NCBI RefSeq assembly: GCF_026571515.1
Contig: NW_026867154.1
Location: 310,001-374,000 of the forward strand
DNA: 64,000 nucleotides
Direction: 5' to 3'
Source: Ruditapes philippinarum
Taxonomy: Eukaryota
Below, in pieces: positions 37,022 through 54,790 of this stretch. The position numbers were made by a program, and so were the translations under genes. Under the pieces are notes generated by a model. That model saw only the letters and a program-made list of their open reading frames with translations. It made no database searches and was not told where the DNA came from. Within the stretch, counting starts at the first letter, position 1. Each line of letters begins with the position of its first letter.

Positions 37022-40000
37022 AATGACAAATATTTTATAATCCTTTGTATAAAATTAAACTATTTCCTACAGTGTTACACCTTCAATACGTGTATGCTTA
37101 TGACAATATACTCCAGAATGTTTTGATCGAATGATAAAATGCGCAATGCGACAAAAGTATATGATCGTTACATCATTGTTAACATCAACAGCTTGTAAAT
37201 GTTGAATAAAAGTTTTCTTAAGGACAATCAATATCGGTCGAAATCATTACTGTTTTTGTGTTACATGAACAACATATTATATAATCAAGCAACTGTTTCA
37301 TATATAGTTTTATATATTAAATTCACTTGAATTAAAAGTAACTGACATGTCTGTTGCCAGTTTCGGCAATAATGAATAATTTCAGGTTCGATGCCGTTAA
37401 TGAAAGGTAGTTGTAGAGAAACAAACACACATCATGTGAGTCACTGGGCCTACGGTCCGTATACACGTAAAGAGTTATAATGCAAATACACATATCCAGT
37501 GTGTCAGACTATTCGATTGATATGACCCTAGCACCATCTTTACCAAAATTCAACTATCATGTAATCTTCTTTTTGTGACACTTTCCAGGAGAAATACCAA
37601 ATGGTCTAGAAGTGTAAGAATGTAAGTGCCTTAAGGTTACATATAGACAGTGAAAAATAGTGTGACGTTCATTTACATGTGTTACGATAAACCGGATAAA
37701 ATGTGTATTATTTCACTACCCATCTAGGAAATGTTTTTAACTTCTCAAGATTTTGTAAAATTATTTAAACATTATTGAAACATATTATGTGACATAAATT
37801 TTCTGTTTAACATCGCAGTCAAAGATAAAATTGGGTAAACTGAAATGTTCATGAACATGCATTATCACGTGTTCTGACCTTTTTCAGAATGATAATTATT
37901 CTCGATTTCATATACATGTATTATAAATAATCTTGAGTTTTATATGAACTATTTCAACATCAATTAAATTGACCTCTTTTCTTGCTAATAAATATATTTC
38001 AACGTTTCTGATAACAATTATCTCAATATCGCAAAGGAAAATTATTATTTTTTATGTCTTTTTATGGCAATTTTGGCCACAAAGCTATAAAGGCATCTTT
38101 TGTGTTTTTGTCAAAAACTTTTTTATGTAATTTTATACTTTTTACCCTACCTCAAACTAACTCGGAATTGTCTATGAACTTTCAACGACATTTCTTTTTT
38201 ATCATTGCAACGGACCGCGTCCAAAAAGGTGTATAACAGATTGAAAATTACAGAAGTTATTGAAACTTTGCATGACCTTAGCATATGATAATAGAAACAT
38301 TTTAAGTCTAACAAGGGATGTTTTTGTTAGAATGCCGTCGGAAAGCTGATGCCTTGGACAGTATTGTCGTCTCCCTCAACCACCAACGAGCAAGAACAGG
38401 TTCCAGGAAGATTCTCAATGAAATGACGTCCACGATAAGACTACAACTGTGGACGCTGATAAATCTGGGACATATGGTTATTCCAGCGCCGAGTATAAAC
38501 AAACCTATAAATACACATCAAATAAGATAAATATATTCATAATAGGTTTGATAGAAGAGATCTAATGTATTCAATATTTGAATTATACCAAATACCAAGT
38601 ATTTCTATGAAGAAATAAATGAAAGTAAACTTAAAATAATTTATGTTGTCAATTCGAAAGCAAGACAGGAAGTGGACAGAGTTACTAGGAATTGTTATAT
38701 TCCAGAACCAAATCAGCTTAAAATAACTTTCATACAAAATCAATCATCAATCACACAACTTGCGAAACCAGTTCAATCACCCATAACAAACAAACATGAC
38801 CACATAACACCACAATAGATCTGGTATGGCCTTTAAGATAAAATACCGTAAACATTCTAAAAAGAGGACCCGTATTATTTTAACCTTAGCTACATAGAAT
38901 ACAAATGAATGACTTTAAAAAAGATGTTTTCACGTGCCATATCAAAGCGCGTTATTACAACTTTATTGAAACATATGCTTTGGTGTTTAAAGAAATATAA
39001 TAACAATAACATATTTAACTTTTTAAAACATTCCTCTTGTACGTGTATTTATGTCTAATTTTAAATTTTAATGAAGAAATATTTTCCCAATTTTGTCAGA
39101 ATGCTATATTTTAAAAACCGTCGTAACAAATACAGGTAATAAATAATAGGGAACTGATTTTAAAAATACTATCTTTGTTTGAACATATACTATTCTCTTG
39201 CCATGACAATTAACATAACAGTGACATTATACCTTAGTAATGAAGGCATTTTCGTTTTAGAAGGCAATAACATGTTTTATAATGTTGTAATAATAGATTT
39301 AGAGTATTTTAGTTGTCTTTCACCTGGACAGAATAGCTTTAGATGTAAAATTTATTTTGTTAAATATGAAGCAAAATGTAAACTAAGGGATTTTGCAGCG
39401 TTCATACAAAATACTCAATCATTTTAACTATACTAATTGTCAAAGTGCTTCGATGGCTAAAGATGACACTATATGCAAAATGAATACCATTTTGGAAACT
39501 GTAAAAGTACACAAAACTATTATAAAAAATGAAACTAGAAGTTTTAGCTTTCTTCGGGCTTATTTGGACTTTAACAAAAATAACGATAGTTGTACAGAGA
39601 GTAATTAACGGACATAATTATACAAATATATATACAAAATGGAGGAGCTCCAATGCTATGTTCTATACAATGCAAGTACAAAAAAACTGCCAAATTGAAT
39701 ATTAATCTAAAATGCACATATTACAATATTTCTAAAAATGTTAAAATTACTGATTACTGTACCTTCTAACAATTAATTTTAAAGATAATGAATGAAAAAA
39801 ACAAATATACACTTCCTGTGTTGTTATCCAGCAGTTCATCATTATCAGTAGGATTTGATAGCTGAAATATTTGGGTTCAATTTGTAACATGACATTGACT
39901 GATTTTTAACGATTTGAACCATTTTAAGCACGTGTTAGTGTTTATCTTTATCTTTGTGTGTTAAGATTCAAAAACAATAGCGTTGTATATTTTACACATT

Positions 40001-40587
40001 TGACTATCGAACATATAAATAGAAAATAATGGTTGGTATACGAATTGATTTTGGATATTTAGTTATTAAAGGAGATAAAACCAGTATATGGTCTAAAAAA
40101 GAGAGACAAAAACACCATTCCTTAAGAAACTAGACCTATATCTGATATAAATAAAGGATTGTGTTTCAGCCCTCTCTCTTCGAAACATCTTTGATCTTTA
40201 AGATCATCTTTACATATAAAACGATTACATGCAGGCATTAGAATATTAAAACTTCCACGAGTTTATTCTATTGTTTCGTAATTTTGTATACCTGTACATT
40301 GCCTTAACCTTTCTTTAAGCATGTGATGTGGTCACATGTCTGATGTTATGCACCTTAATATATGTATGAATACATGTATGCATTACAATAAACAAAGAGT
40401 AAAAGTTTATTTAATCAGAGTGTATAATTGTAACATCTTTATCTTGCCGTCCACGACATTGGGACATCGGTTCACGTGCTAGATATTCTTCAAAGTGATT
40501 CAGTTTATGGGTGTTTATACTTATGATGCTTGTCTCATTGTTTAAGATTTCTTTCAAGTAGCAGATTGTGGAGATAATTTATTAGAA

Positions 40588-43402
40588 ATGAAGACAGGTG
40601 AGACAGAAAGAGAGAAAACTCCTCTTCTGAAGGAGACGAATTCTTCTAATGGATCTAAATTCGGATACAAATACTTCTTACTTTTATTAGTAATGGTGTT
40701 TTTATACATCTCTGTAGGAATTACTTTTTACACTATATCCCAATGGATCCAGTATAAAGTCAGGAAGGAAATATTGCAGGGTATTGAAATAAACTCGACT
40801 TCTGTATGCGAGGGAACAAATCAAAGTGACCCTGTGTATGAAAAGTTTCAAACGGTTGAAAAGAAAACAGCATTTTGGCAAATGTTAAACCAGCTGGCAT
40901 CAAGTATACCTGGGAGCTTAGCAGTTTTAATCATCCCATCGTTTTCTGACAGTTTAGGTAGAAAAGTTTTGTTTGTATTACCAACGACTACAATTTTGCT
41001 AAAAGAAGTAATTTACGCTTTGATAATATACTTTGAATGGGACATTTTGTGGGTAGTTTTGGCATCATTGTTCGAGGGAATATTTGGTTCATTCTACTTA
41101 TTCAGGTCAGGAATGTATGCTTATATTGCAGACATAACAAAACCTGGCCGACATAGGACATTAGCACTGACAATTTTGGAAGGAAGTTTCTTAATTTTTA
41201 TAACATTATCCGGACTAGCAGCAGGATATTTCATAGAGTTTGAAGGCTTCCTTGTGCCTATGATAACATGTGTTGGGCTTATTTTTTTTGCATGGTGCAT
41301 TGTTATATTTGCACTGCCTGAAACTCACGAAAAACACAATAGAGCCAAAAAGATGCCTTTTGGTGATCATATGAAACGCATTACAGGTTTCTATAGGAGT
41401 AAACAATTTTCAAATAAACGTTCAGCCTATGTAATGTTATTATTAGCGTTTTTTATTGCGGAGCTCACAAGTAGTCATCGAACATCTTTAGAAATGCTTT
41501 ATCAACTTGGAAAACCATTTTGCTGGCCTTCACAGAAAATCGGATTATTCAGCGCTGCAAGACATGCGACTGAAGGTTTTGCTGGCTTAGTACTAATTGC
41601 TCCACTAAAGAGTTGCTTTTCAGAAATTATTATTGCGATTCTGAGCTCAATGTTCAATGCAGGATCATATGTCCTCGAAGCATTTGCCGATACAGACCTA
41701 ATATTGTATTTAGGTAAGTTCATTAAACACACTGTAATACATATTTTATCATCTGCTGTAGTCATCACAACTTTACATAAACTATGATATATGTAGTTGA
41801 AAATTGAAAAAACAAAAGCTGGGGTTTATAATATTCACATGTGAAGTATAAGAATATAACGACTATATACAATGTTACAAAGTTAATCTTATTTGTTTAA
41901 TTATTAAATTAAGAAATGAAATTGGTATCAGCGGTGTTTATCGACTCTTTAACACCGGTTTGGAGTTTTGGTTCGTAGGAATTGATAAAAAAGGCCGTAG
42001 GTCCGAGTCGTTAATGTTTTTGCATCAAAACGCTCATATCGATGTCATTTCGATTCTAACAAGACTAAATATGGGAGGTTACTTCCGTTATTTTTATCAT
42101 GTACGAAGTAAAGAAAGTAATACCATATGCATATTGATTAGATGAAAAGCATGTACGTTGTAATTTAACTATTCAAGTATGTTACTAATTAGAAATTTCG
42201 CCGACTATTATAAGAACCAGAAGTAATTATGTTACTTGTGAGCTTACGAGCAAATATCATAAATCATGAAAATATATCAACTTATACCACCAAAAGCATA
42301 GTTAAGTATGTCTCCCTTGTAAATGATCCATGTAGTGTTACTATGCCTAGACGCGTGTTTGATAATTTCAATAAGAATTATCAAGGAGTTCAAATCATTT
42401 GTATTTAGTAAGATAGGTAGCTTGTTAGAATTAGTTATAAATCATCAAATATACGTGGTATTATATATGAACTCGTGTTTTATTACAGTACCTATACCAG
42501 CTACATTTTCATTTCTCATGATTCCGATGATAAAAACTATGATGTCGTCAATGACACCGTCAGACAAACAAGGTAAATGAGTTGTGTACACTAACTTTAT
42601 TCAATGTCGAAGCTCATTATTAATTTATATATTTAAAATAGAACACAACATGTTATAATATTATACCATTGATTGGTTTGCATGAGAACATTAATTTCTG
42701 AAGTGAGGAACGAATAAAGTAAAACTTAGTCATGTGTGTCAAAATGATAAAAAAAAATTATTTGGATAAAGTAAAAGAAACCAATTATTGTTCGTATTTT
42801 CATAATTAAGCAAACCATTTCTGTTCTAAACAATTCAAGCATTTGATTAATTCACACATTTGTCTTATTACAAGTAATGACTTTTAGGAAATATTATTGT
42901 TTTGTTTTCTGTTTTCAGGATCACTGTTTTCTGGTATTGTATTTGTAGAAGTTTTATGTTCAATAACTGCAACCTATCTATTCAACACCATCTACTCAGT
43001 AACTCTGTCGTTATTCCATGGTTTAGTGTTTCTTGTTCTCGCAGGTCTATGCATTCTGGTATTGATCGTATTAATGTAAGTAATTTATACTTTTTAATTC
43101 AACAAAAAAAAAAAAAAAAATAATTGTCATCTTATTTCCGAAAAAGGTCAAATTCATCAGGCGATGTAAGATGCATGGTTTTAAACCCTTATAATCACAT
43201 TGCCATTTATATAAGGATGTCAATTCAGACAATATAATTAAACCTTTTTTTGTTACTTTTTTAAGAACTATTTCATCGAACATTATACTCATAAATTTAG
43301 AGTTTATCTCCATAATAAAACATTTATTATTTCAGATTGTTTGCAATGACACAAACTGTGGAGATAGCTCTTCCAAAACTTGAAAAGATTGTGACAAACT
43401 AA
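40588..43402 (+). CDS. SLC46-family (PCFT/SLC46A3-like) MFS transporter, ~477 aa. Exons 40588-41713, 42489-42572, 42919-43075, 43336-43402
   Basis: Multiple hydrophobic TM segments, MFS motif A (SDSLGRK), AYIADIT, PFCW, and MMSSMTPSDKQGSLF, all typical of SLC46. Large Cys/N-glycosylated first loop. GT-AG introns with consistent phases (1, 1, 2). Confidence 0.9.
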
Positions 43403-46400
43403 GACATTGCTGCACAGAAGTCTATCACATTCAAAACAATTTTTTGACCACATCTTAAATCTTTGAATCTATTCCTACCTTTAACTTTAGATAGTTTATG
43501 AGTTATTTATAACGCTGTATATATAGCATTTTGAGGTGAAAAGTTGAAAGGTAAAATTGAATATATAAAAGTTTAACAGGTTGATATTGTTTACAATTAC
43601 TTTATGTAACGATAAAATTTAAGTGCATACAAACCAATACAGTGTTAATTCGGTTAGGATAAATTCAAGTTGATGATAAGAATAAAGGTAGTTGATACAA
43701 ATATGTTGTTATGATTTTACCATGTTTATTCAACAAAGTGCATGCAATTTTCCTTTATGCAGAAACTGTTTCTGAAATTGATAAGAATGGCATTCATACA
43801 TTGAATAAATGTTACATAAAATTACTTTTCCATATTATGTCGATATTACAGTATGCATTTGCACAATTATATTTGATAGTAAATATATAAATTCTATATC
43901 CACAATGAAATGTACAAACAAAAATGTAATTGTTAACTTACCTAAATTTTTTTATATTGAGCCATGTAGATAACGGAGATAAGCAGCTCTTATATACACC
44001 ATTGAAAATTTCACTCATGCCTATCGAAAAGTGAAAAATTGGGCATTTTGTAGCAAATAAAACTTAATGGATGTACATTTTATCCTTTTATATTATAAAC
44101 CATTTGAAAGTTAAATCTTTTATCTGTTGTGCATGTTAAGATATTGGTAATTTTTCATGCCTTTCACTTAGAAAAACATAGCAGAACATACCCACTAAGC
44201 CAGGTTTTTCGCCAGATGAATAGTTTTGTAACAAAAAATATATGTAGTTCTCTTTAAGAATGGATGTATCATTTATTTTAATGGGAACTGTAAATGTTTT
44301 TACTTGCAGCCATAGACCAATGTATCAGCTTTAAGAAAATGTATTATTTTACTGATTTTGATATCTGGTTAATAAGTTTTACTTGCTACAAGTTGTAAGT
44401 GGTATCTTAACTGGCTAGAAAGTTGCATATCTCTTTAATCTATGTCTCTGTAATCTATGTCTATGCCGATACAACAAAGATTTGAATCTCTACTTAATAT
44501 ATTTAATTGAATTATTGTACATTGAAACGTATGTTTATGAAAAATGTATACTTTACCATGTATTATACTTTTCTGTGCTATGTATTTTACCACCAAATTG
44601 TTTCTTGGCGATGAAGATGTACATGTTTTTGACAATAAAATTTTGACTTGAATTGACTTGATAAAATATTTACAGAAATGCCATTATATTTAAGTATTCC
44701 ACGGACATCTATTTTCAACCATAATGTAGGTATAAAAATACAGGAAATTTTACTTTTAAGAGGAAAATAACTTGCCAGATGTGACAACTTGTGAACCACT
44801 TAAGCTAGTGAACTTTGTTACATAGGGACACATGTTGTTTGACACGTTATTTTCTTCTGTTACAAGGAATAGTGTATACATTTTAAATAAATGTTGTTTG
44901 ACACGTTACATTTTAAATAAAAGTAGCATGACTTTACAACAATTAATTTGCGTTTGTTTGCACTTAAAAAAATCAAGTACACTGAAAATAGTCAATCGCT
45001 TTTAAAACATGATTTTGTATTGTTTATGATGATTTCTAGATTTGGGGGCTATTGATAAGTTTATGGACCTCAAAATCTGAATTATATACATGTATATACT
45101 TTTGTTGGACTATAATAATTGTTCTTTGTTTGATGCATGTGTAAGAATAAAATGTAATTATTAATATATTCGTCTGTTTTTTTCTTTCTGGTTTACACAG
45201 AATCTAGGAATTGTTCGTGCTGTTTTTAAAGAAGTATATATCAAAACAACAGAAGTAAAGTAATGTATTTGAACGTTGTATAATGCCCTTTAAAAGCCTG
45301 ATATTTGCCTAAGGGTGCTTTAAACAGTTGAAAGAGGAATGTACTCTGTTGCATTTACATATATAGTAAATCAAGTCCTTTTAGGCTGACATTTGTCAAG
45401 AACCTGCATATAGTCAATTTCCGAAATCGATCGGTTTACTCTTCTGTCGTTACCAAGGCAACTAAGAAATAATTCCAATTGGCCCAACTTTTTTTAGAAA
45501 TACTGTGCATATACCGTAATACAGGTCCATTCACCATATGTATAGCAAAAAAACAACAACAAAAAACCCCAAACAAACAAAAACACCCCCCTCCAAAAAA
45601 AAGCGTTATTGACAGTTGATAAACTGGCTACCGCATAGTTCAAACCTTTGAGAACATTTTTCGTTCCAAGTCATGTGAACAGAACTCTTAGCTTTGAAGG
45701 TAAAATCTTTAAAAAATACCCTTCAGCTTGACTATATTTTTTATGTGTGATTATCTCTTTTTTCCTAAAGTCACAAAAACAACATATTGTAGTAAAGTTT
45801 AGTTTTCCTAAATAAGAACCCATAGTTTTAACCTATCAAGAAGGTATGACAAATGTCATTTTAAGTATAGTAATGGTGCCAACTTCACAACAATTTTTAC
45901 ATTCTGTGCAGTCTGTTTTGTATGTTTAAAATCGTCTAACTGAAATTGTTTTACAAAGACCTTCTACTTTTCGTATTTAGGAGTGACACATACCCAGCCC
46001 ATCTCTGTATTTCTGTACTTTGATATTATGTTGCGATTAACCCATTACGCGATATACACGCCTTTTAACGCCTTTTTCACCCCCCTTTTTGTTGTCTCAA
46101 ATGGTGAAAAAATGCCTTATTCAGGCCCCAATACTTGTTTTTGTTTGAGAAATGTTGTTAAAAAAAGTGACCACTTTTTCGGCGCAGCCCCCCAACCAAA
46201 AGATACAGCAGGGGGTTGCCAGAAGGGGGATGCGCCCCCTTCTGTTTGGGGGGTTTGAAGGGGGGCGGAGTCCCCCTCCTCGCCAGGAAAATTTTGGACT
46301 TGTGAGACGCTATAAATGACCCCAGATTGATCATAAGGTAACGTGTAACTAGCGCTGAAAAGCATTTGACTCTATCTCAATCCATTGAGAAGTTGCAGCA

Positions 46401-48643
46401 CTTTGAAATCAAGTTTGATGGAAAAAATCAACGCAAAATAGTGATTTTTTGGCAATTTTGAGATGTCCCCTTGTTGCCATGGTAACAGAAAATTTAAGCC
46501 TGATTATGTTGTTGCAAGGGCAATGGTCCAGTCAACATCTGTGCCAAGTTTGATTAGTGTTGAAGCAGTTTTTATCGTATTATAGCAATTTGAACTTATA
46601 ACGTGAGACTTTTCAATGAAAACAGCCATATTTCACAAAATGCTCATGAAGTTATGGGTTAAGACATCTTATAACATTGCTTGTAAAGTGGTCTTAGGAA
46701 ACTATTTTGTCTTAATATATACCAGTTATTAATATATGATACACGCCATACAAATTTGATAGTCAACCTATTTTACCATGACGTTGTCAACGACAGAAGA
46801 ATGAAAAATGTATTGTAATCAATAATCTTTTTATTTCATTTTGGCATTTTAAAGACCTACTACCTTAATTTATTAGTTAAAACTAATCATAGTAATATTA
46901 AAAATGTAAATAAATATAAAACAGGCATATCATGTTGCTCGAGATTTAACCGGTGTGTTCATGGGTAAACAAAGTTAATATAATTTATAGAAGAATGAAT
47001 TACTTCATGTAGATTATAATTGCTGATATACATATGTTGGTATTTTCCTGAATGACGGAAATTTATTTAATCTTTAGACGTTGGAGTTGTACAGTTTGAA
47101 CATGCGCATTGAAGACAAAATAAATGTTGTTAAATTCAGTTGGTAGGACAAAATTTCTATATATTTTTACAATTTACAATTCTAATATTAGGTACAAAAG
47201 TGGCTAAAAGCGTATTAGAGAAGCTTCATATAATTCATCGCTCAACATCAAATGACACATATGATAAAAATGCTTGGCGTTGATTTTGTCTCTATCTACG
47301 AAGAAACTGGTCGCATTTACCAGAAGTGTTTGTTTTGCAACAACAGATGTGCAGAATGTTTTGTCCCGGTGTATCATAGTATTGTGAAAATTCTCTAATA
47401 GAAATCGTTGAAACATTCATTGCGACTAACGTGTTCACTCTTCTGTACAGTATCATTACATTTCGTTGGTTCTTTTGTGTCGATCATATCGGATATAAAT
47501 ACAGCTGCGACAGAAAATATTTTCACTCTTTGTCTGCAAGTGGCATCAGATTCAACAGAAAGGATCAGGTATTATGTATCTTAAAATTTTCCCTAAAAAT
47601 GATGAATGTTTTTTTTCCAGATTGTAAGATGGCCCTGTCCATTTGAGATATTAAGCCTTGTAAAGGTTCAAAGCACATTCACATTGGTGTAAAACGATTT
47701 GCAGCTTAATACTTCACATAGTTTGAGGGTTATATTGTGTCTATCGGAACTTGTTCCGACTTTCACAGAACCTTGGATTATTCATCGCAGCAAGACACGT
47801 AACAGTTGGTTTTACTGGCTACGTACTAATTTCTCCACTCAAAAGTTGCTTTTCTGAAATAAGTACAATTTTCAACTCAAAGCATTTATCGAAAGAGACA
47901 TCATTTCGTATTTAGGTATGACGATATTTATCATTATCTGATAACACGTGGTATTTCTAAATTCAACAATCTGCATGATAAATTCGAGACATTTATAATG
48001 TGTTTGGCTGTATTCTTTTATATCAATGCTTTATTGTATTGCATAATGCCTTGCAAAACTCCCATACTTTATATATTTGACATGCAAATCCAGAAAGGAA
48101 TGAAATGAATTTTAAAGGCTTCAAACAAGATTGACTGTTCAATACACTGAATCTAGTATTTTATACATAATTTAATCAACACTATGAAGTTTTTAAAATT
48201 TTATATGTGTTTTGTTAGTAAATTATAATATAAACAAACTGTAAATGAAATATATGAAACTAATGTACATCTGTGTCTTTAGAAATATATGTAAAGCCTA
48301 CTGTCTTTGTGGTCAATTACTACTCTTCAAAACTCAAAACCGTTAAAATAGCCGATAAACACCGCTGAAAACAGTATTATTTCTTAAATATTCATTCCTT
48401 ATTACATAGAATTGCAGTATGTCGGAAGGGGAAAAACTGTCAGAGGATTGTACTGGCGAGCTTAATAATATTTTTCTCAGACGAGTTTCATAAAATTTTA
48501 TACATTAAATCACAACTCATATCACATTTTGATCACATGACTAATTTTAAAGAAAACAATTCAAACAACACATATATGTAGACGTTTAACATATAACAAG
48601 AATGGATGTAATAAACGTGTGCGCCATATTACATATATTACAC

Positions 48644-48872
48644 ATAAAACCAGGGAAGTCATGAGACAAAACTATATGTATAATATTACTAAACAATTAT
48701 TTCAATGTGATATTTGATATAGATGTAACACTAGCACAGGAGTGGATGTTCAATATATCACTCGCTATATTTAATATAAAACAAGGGAAGTCATGTGATT
48801 AAACTATATTATAATATACCTAAATAAATATTTCAATGTGGTATTTGATATAAATGTAACGCAAGCACACAT
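48644..48872. repeat. Degenerate tandem duplication, ~133 bp unit, upstream of CaM8
   Basis: ATAAAAC(C/A)AGGGAAGTCATG...TTTCAATGTG.TATTTGATATA.ATGTAAC at about 48644 and 48776. Confidence 0.75.
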
Positions 48873-49413
48873 ATTAGAGACAGGTGGAAATGTCTAATTT
48901 TACATACCTACTTATTTGTTATTATGATATGAAAATGATCGAGACCCACAATATGCTCGGCTTAATCGTCTATTGATGTATGATAATGATGCGAGGACGA
49001 AGTATATCAAGTAATTTAATCATATAAATGAAAGCGTTGATGCATTTGACTTCAACTGCGTTTTATAAAACATAATGATATTGCACATATTAAGATTATC
49101 GATGTTAAATGCCCCTTTCAAGTTGTTGAATTCAAAAAATAATTCATAATTTATACATCTCATATTAGCAATCAATATACTCATTGCAAATAGTAAATTT
49201 CAATAAATTGTGTATTTGAATGTTATCTTTTTAGGGTTATGCGACCAGCATATTTAATTTTTAATTTGTCGCAATGCGTCACATATTTCAATAGCATCTA
49301 TCAATTATATTCATTTCAATGTATATTAGATATTAAGTCATAACTGTCAAAAGGAGTAAGATTTTGTGTGTGTGCGTGTGTGTAAAAGTGGAAATCTCTT
49401 AAATATAACAAAA

Positions 49414-51454
<2,041 letters not shown>

Positions 51455-53399
51455 CTATTCAACGTTTTCCTGAATTAGTTATAAATTTCTACAGTCTATA
51501 AAATTTAATATTTAAATGCTGTCCAAAAAGCAAAATGTACAAAACTTTTACAGATAAGCTACAGTTATTTGATTCACATACCGCGGGTACACTGGAATCA
51601 TTATTGTACTAAATCTTTATATGTATGTGATTGGTTGTGACGCTTCATCGTTGTAGTTATAACTAACATATTTAATTTATATACATTTGTATAATATCGT
51701 GTTAAGTGAAAAAAAACATTCGCCTTTCTGTCCAATACATGTATTTCAACAAGAAGGCAATGGTGGCCAAAAATTGTCCACCTGGCCCTAAAATTGGGAA
51801 ACAAGGAAATTCGGATAAATTGTACTAACGGGAAAATGAAAATTTTTAGTAAAAATTTAAGCATACTTTTTAAAAAGGGGTTTTACAAATGCCCTTTAAA
51901 TTTTAAAGGAAATTAGTCAATTACTGTGGCTAAAATATTCAGTTTATAAAGAATTAGCACTTCTATCATATTGAAGTTCTGAGTTGTGGTCAACATTCAC
52001 TCTTCCTAAATACAATATACAAATACAAACTGCATGTGGTTTGATAAAATGTTGTAATAATTGGAAAAATCATTTGAAATAATACATAAAAACCTTCATA
52101 TCACATGGTTGTACTCTATGTGTTGCGTCTCAAGATTAGAATTCCATACACAGTGTCTGTAAAGCAGATGATCCAAATTATACAAAGAAACAAATTCTGT
52201 TTATATAGCGTTGAGTACTTTAAATTTGTTCCATAATGAATTGAATAAGCATAATGAGGTTCAATCCACCAACGATAAGACACGGGGAGATAAGTCACTG
52301 CTGGAAAATGTCTATATATACGGACTTTCAACAAAAATAATGTCGGTTTGCTAATTATAAATATAGAAAAAAACTGCAAATAAAAATACCCTGAAAGTAA
52401 TTTAACATAAAAGTTATATATCAATAATGTTTTTCTTGTCAATTTCCCCCTTTCCCTTTATATATACATACTGCCTTCGTATGAATAAAGTTTATCTATC
52501 TTATCTATATAATTCAATATATGTGACACTTAGAGCGGGGCTAAATTCGACCCAAGGGTGGTGTTTTATATACAACTTCTGTAGAGGACTACAAGGTGAT
52601 GTGCTACAAGCCAAATAACTATGCGATGGGTGTTATAGTTTCAGGGGAGAATGTGTTTATGTAATGTTTACTATATAGGTCTGTGTCACAGGGACAATGT
52701 TTTCATATTGTTTGCTCTGTATACAGTGATTTACAAGTTTATACAGTGATTTAAGAGAAAATTATTTCAAAAGCAGTATAGTAAGCTGCCCAAGTAAGTG
52801 ATAAGTTATTTATCACAGTGAAACTAATAGCATTATCTCATTTTTTCTTGAGAAAACATTTGAAATAAGGCAATCATTTGAGTCAAACTAACCTATATTG
52901 CTGTGTATTGAAATAAATACAATGAAACTTTATCCACAAGTCATATGCATCTGTCATTTCTAAATAGTTCCCTAACTATAACATATTGATATAATTAATG
53001 AATACGTAAATAAGAACCAGGCTGAATGGAATGTAAGTGCTGGAAACTTTATCCATAAAAATTGTAGGAGGAACTACACACATCCACAAACGCTTTAAGA
53101 AATGACCGACTATAAATCAATTATTTGCAACCTTATAACAGGTAAAATTAGAACTTTAGTCCGTTTTGTGGTACTCTTGCAAATTTAACTGAAGAAAGTG
53201 CAAATGAAAGAAAACGAAGCCGTATTGACGGTGTGAACTCAGTTACATAATTAGGATTTCAGGTAATAGTAAAGAGACAAACTATGACAACTGGGCCCAG
53301 CAAGTATTTGTTAGAAATTTCCATGTTATAGATTTACCTGCAGTATATTCTAACAAGCATGAAGCTCGAATTTTAATACTGGTTAAAGAATACCAAACG

Positions 53400-54790
53400 C
53401 TTGGCAAGAGACCAATTGGATGACCTCAGTCTCTTTTAATAAGCGAACATAGATCTTAAGAGAACCACATTTGACCTTATAGAATCATTAGTGTTTGAAA
53501 TTATCTTTTGTCCAATAGGATCGCAGTATTTCATATGAATCGTAAATTCGGTAAGTCGACAAATAGTAAATCGACTGTTTATAGAAATAATTTAAAACAC
53601 TAAACCGGTTAAAATTTTATTAGTACGTATTTACAAAGTTAAATTTGTCACTCGGACTAATCAACTTTAACCTATACATGTTATTAATAAACGTAACTAA
53701 GTATTGAAGACATTGACGAGTTATTCTTACCATTAGTGAACTTGGTGGAAATGGAGATCTCTACCACGCATATGACAAAAAGGCATCATTTTGGACATGA
53801 CATTGTATATCAGTATTGTCTAAAGACGGGAAAGCCGGCAAGATTATGGTGGAAAAACCGCGTCTGTGATTTTAAATGAATTCTCAGACGAGCAATATTG
53901 TATGACAGTGGAAGAGAAGAAAGGCAAATTAAAACAACCGCAACAAAATTGATCAAATCTGATATCTATTAACTGAAAATGACATATAGTAGTATCATCC
54001 AACTCCATTACATTTGTCATTTATTATTAAAAATATATATGATACATTTACTGTCAACCATAAATCCAGATAAAGAAGAATTGAAGTTTAATTTTATTAA
54101 ACAAGCCATGATACGCAGAAGCGCATTGATATCTGTACAAATTGTGGTCTGTGTGGAAATGCACCACCATATCGGCTCAAAGTTCCTCTTTGATTTCTTG
54201 CATGAGCTCGAATGTAGTCGTTCTTTTTCAGAGACTTAGATATTTGACAGAAATGCTGCTGGTACTTTAAATACCATTCCATGTTTTTTTGTCGGAACTT
54301 TTGTACAATGCGTAGCAGATACTATTTATCACAATATCGAAACTATCGATGGACGCATTACTTTTCATAAAACAGGTATCATTGCCTGCATTGCAACTGG
54401 TTCACCTATTAGAACATCAAAAGCGAGAACTGATTTGTAAAAAGATCTGCGGAAGATCCTTAGATCAGAAAAAATTCAATGTCAAATACTTAAGATATCC
54501 AGACTATGAAATTGAAAATCTGATCTATTCTAAAATAACGTTAACGGAAAACACAGTGAAGACAAGAATTCTTTTTCTAAGGCGATATGGTCATGACACA
54601 AGAAGTGATTCTCATGGTCTGAATGCATGCAAGTCTACAACAATACTTGTGACAACCCCGGCACAGCTTAAATTGGCTTTGATCGATATGAGCGTTAGCG
54701 ATGATATATGCATAGATTCAATCTTACAATTTGAACAATCTAAAATGTACAATATCACGCCAGTTATCACCTTTGACTAACATCATTTGT
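53400..54790 (+). mobile_element. Degenerate Academ-like DNA transposase remnant
   Basis: Frame-broken motifs MHHHIGSKFLFDFLHELECSRSFSE, FVQCVADTIYHNIETIDGRITFHKTGII and LIDMSVSDDICIDSILQF...PVITFD* resemble the conserved DN..T..G..TFH and TFDQ blocks of this transposase class. Confidence 0.65.

Noticed and set aside
45983-46500. GC-rich patch with overlapping ORFs and GTTGCCATGGTAAC X-box-like motifs
   Set aside because: It looks like a transposon remnant. I could not define ends, and the same motif occurs inside the repeat at 62751, so no regulatory claim is made.
47300-47900. Possible ankyrin-repeat pseudogene traces on the minus strand (GQNILHICC, TCLAAMNN)
   Set aside because: The fragments are too short and frame-broken to support without a profile search.
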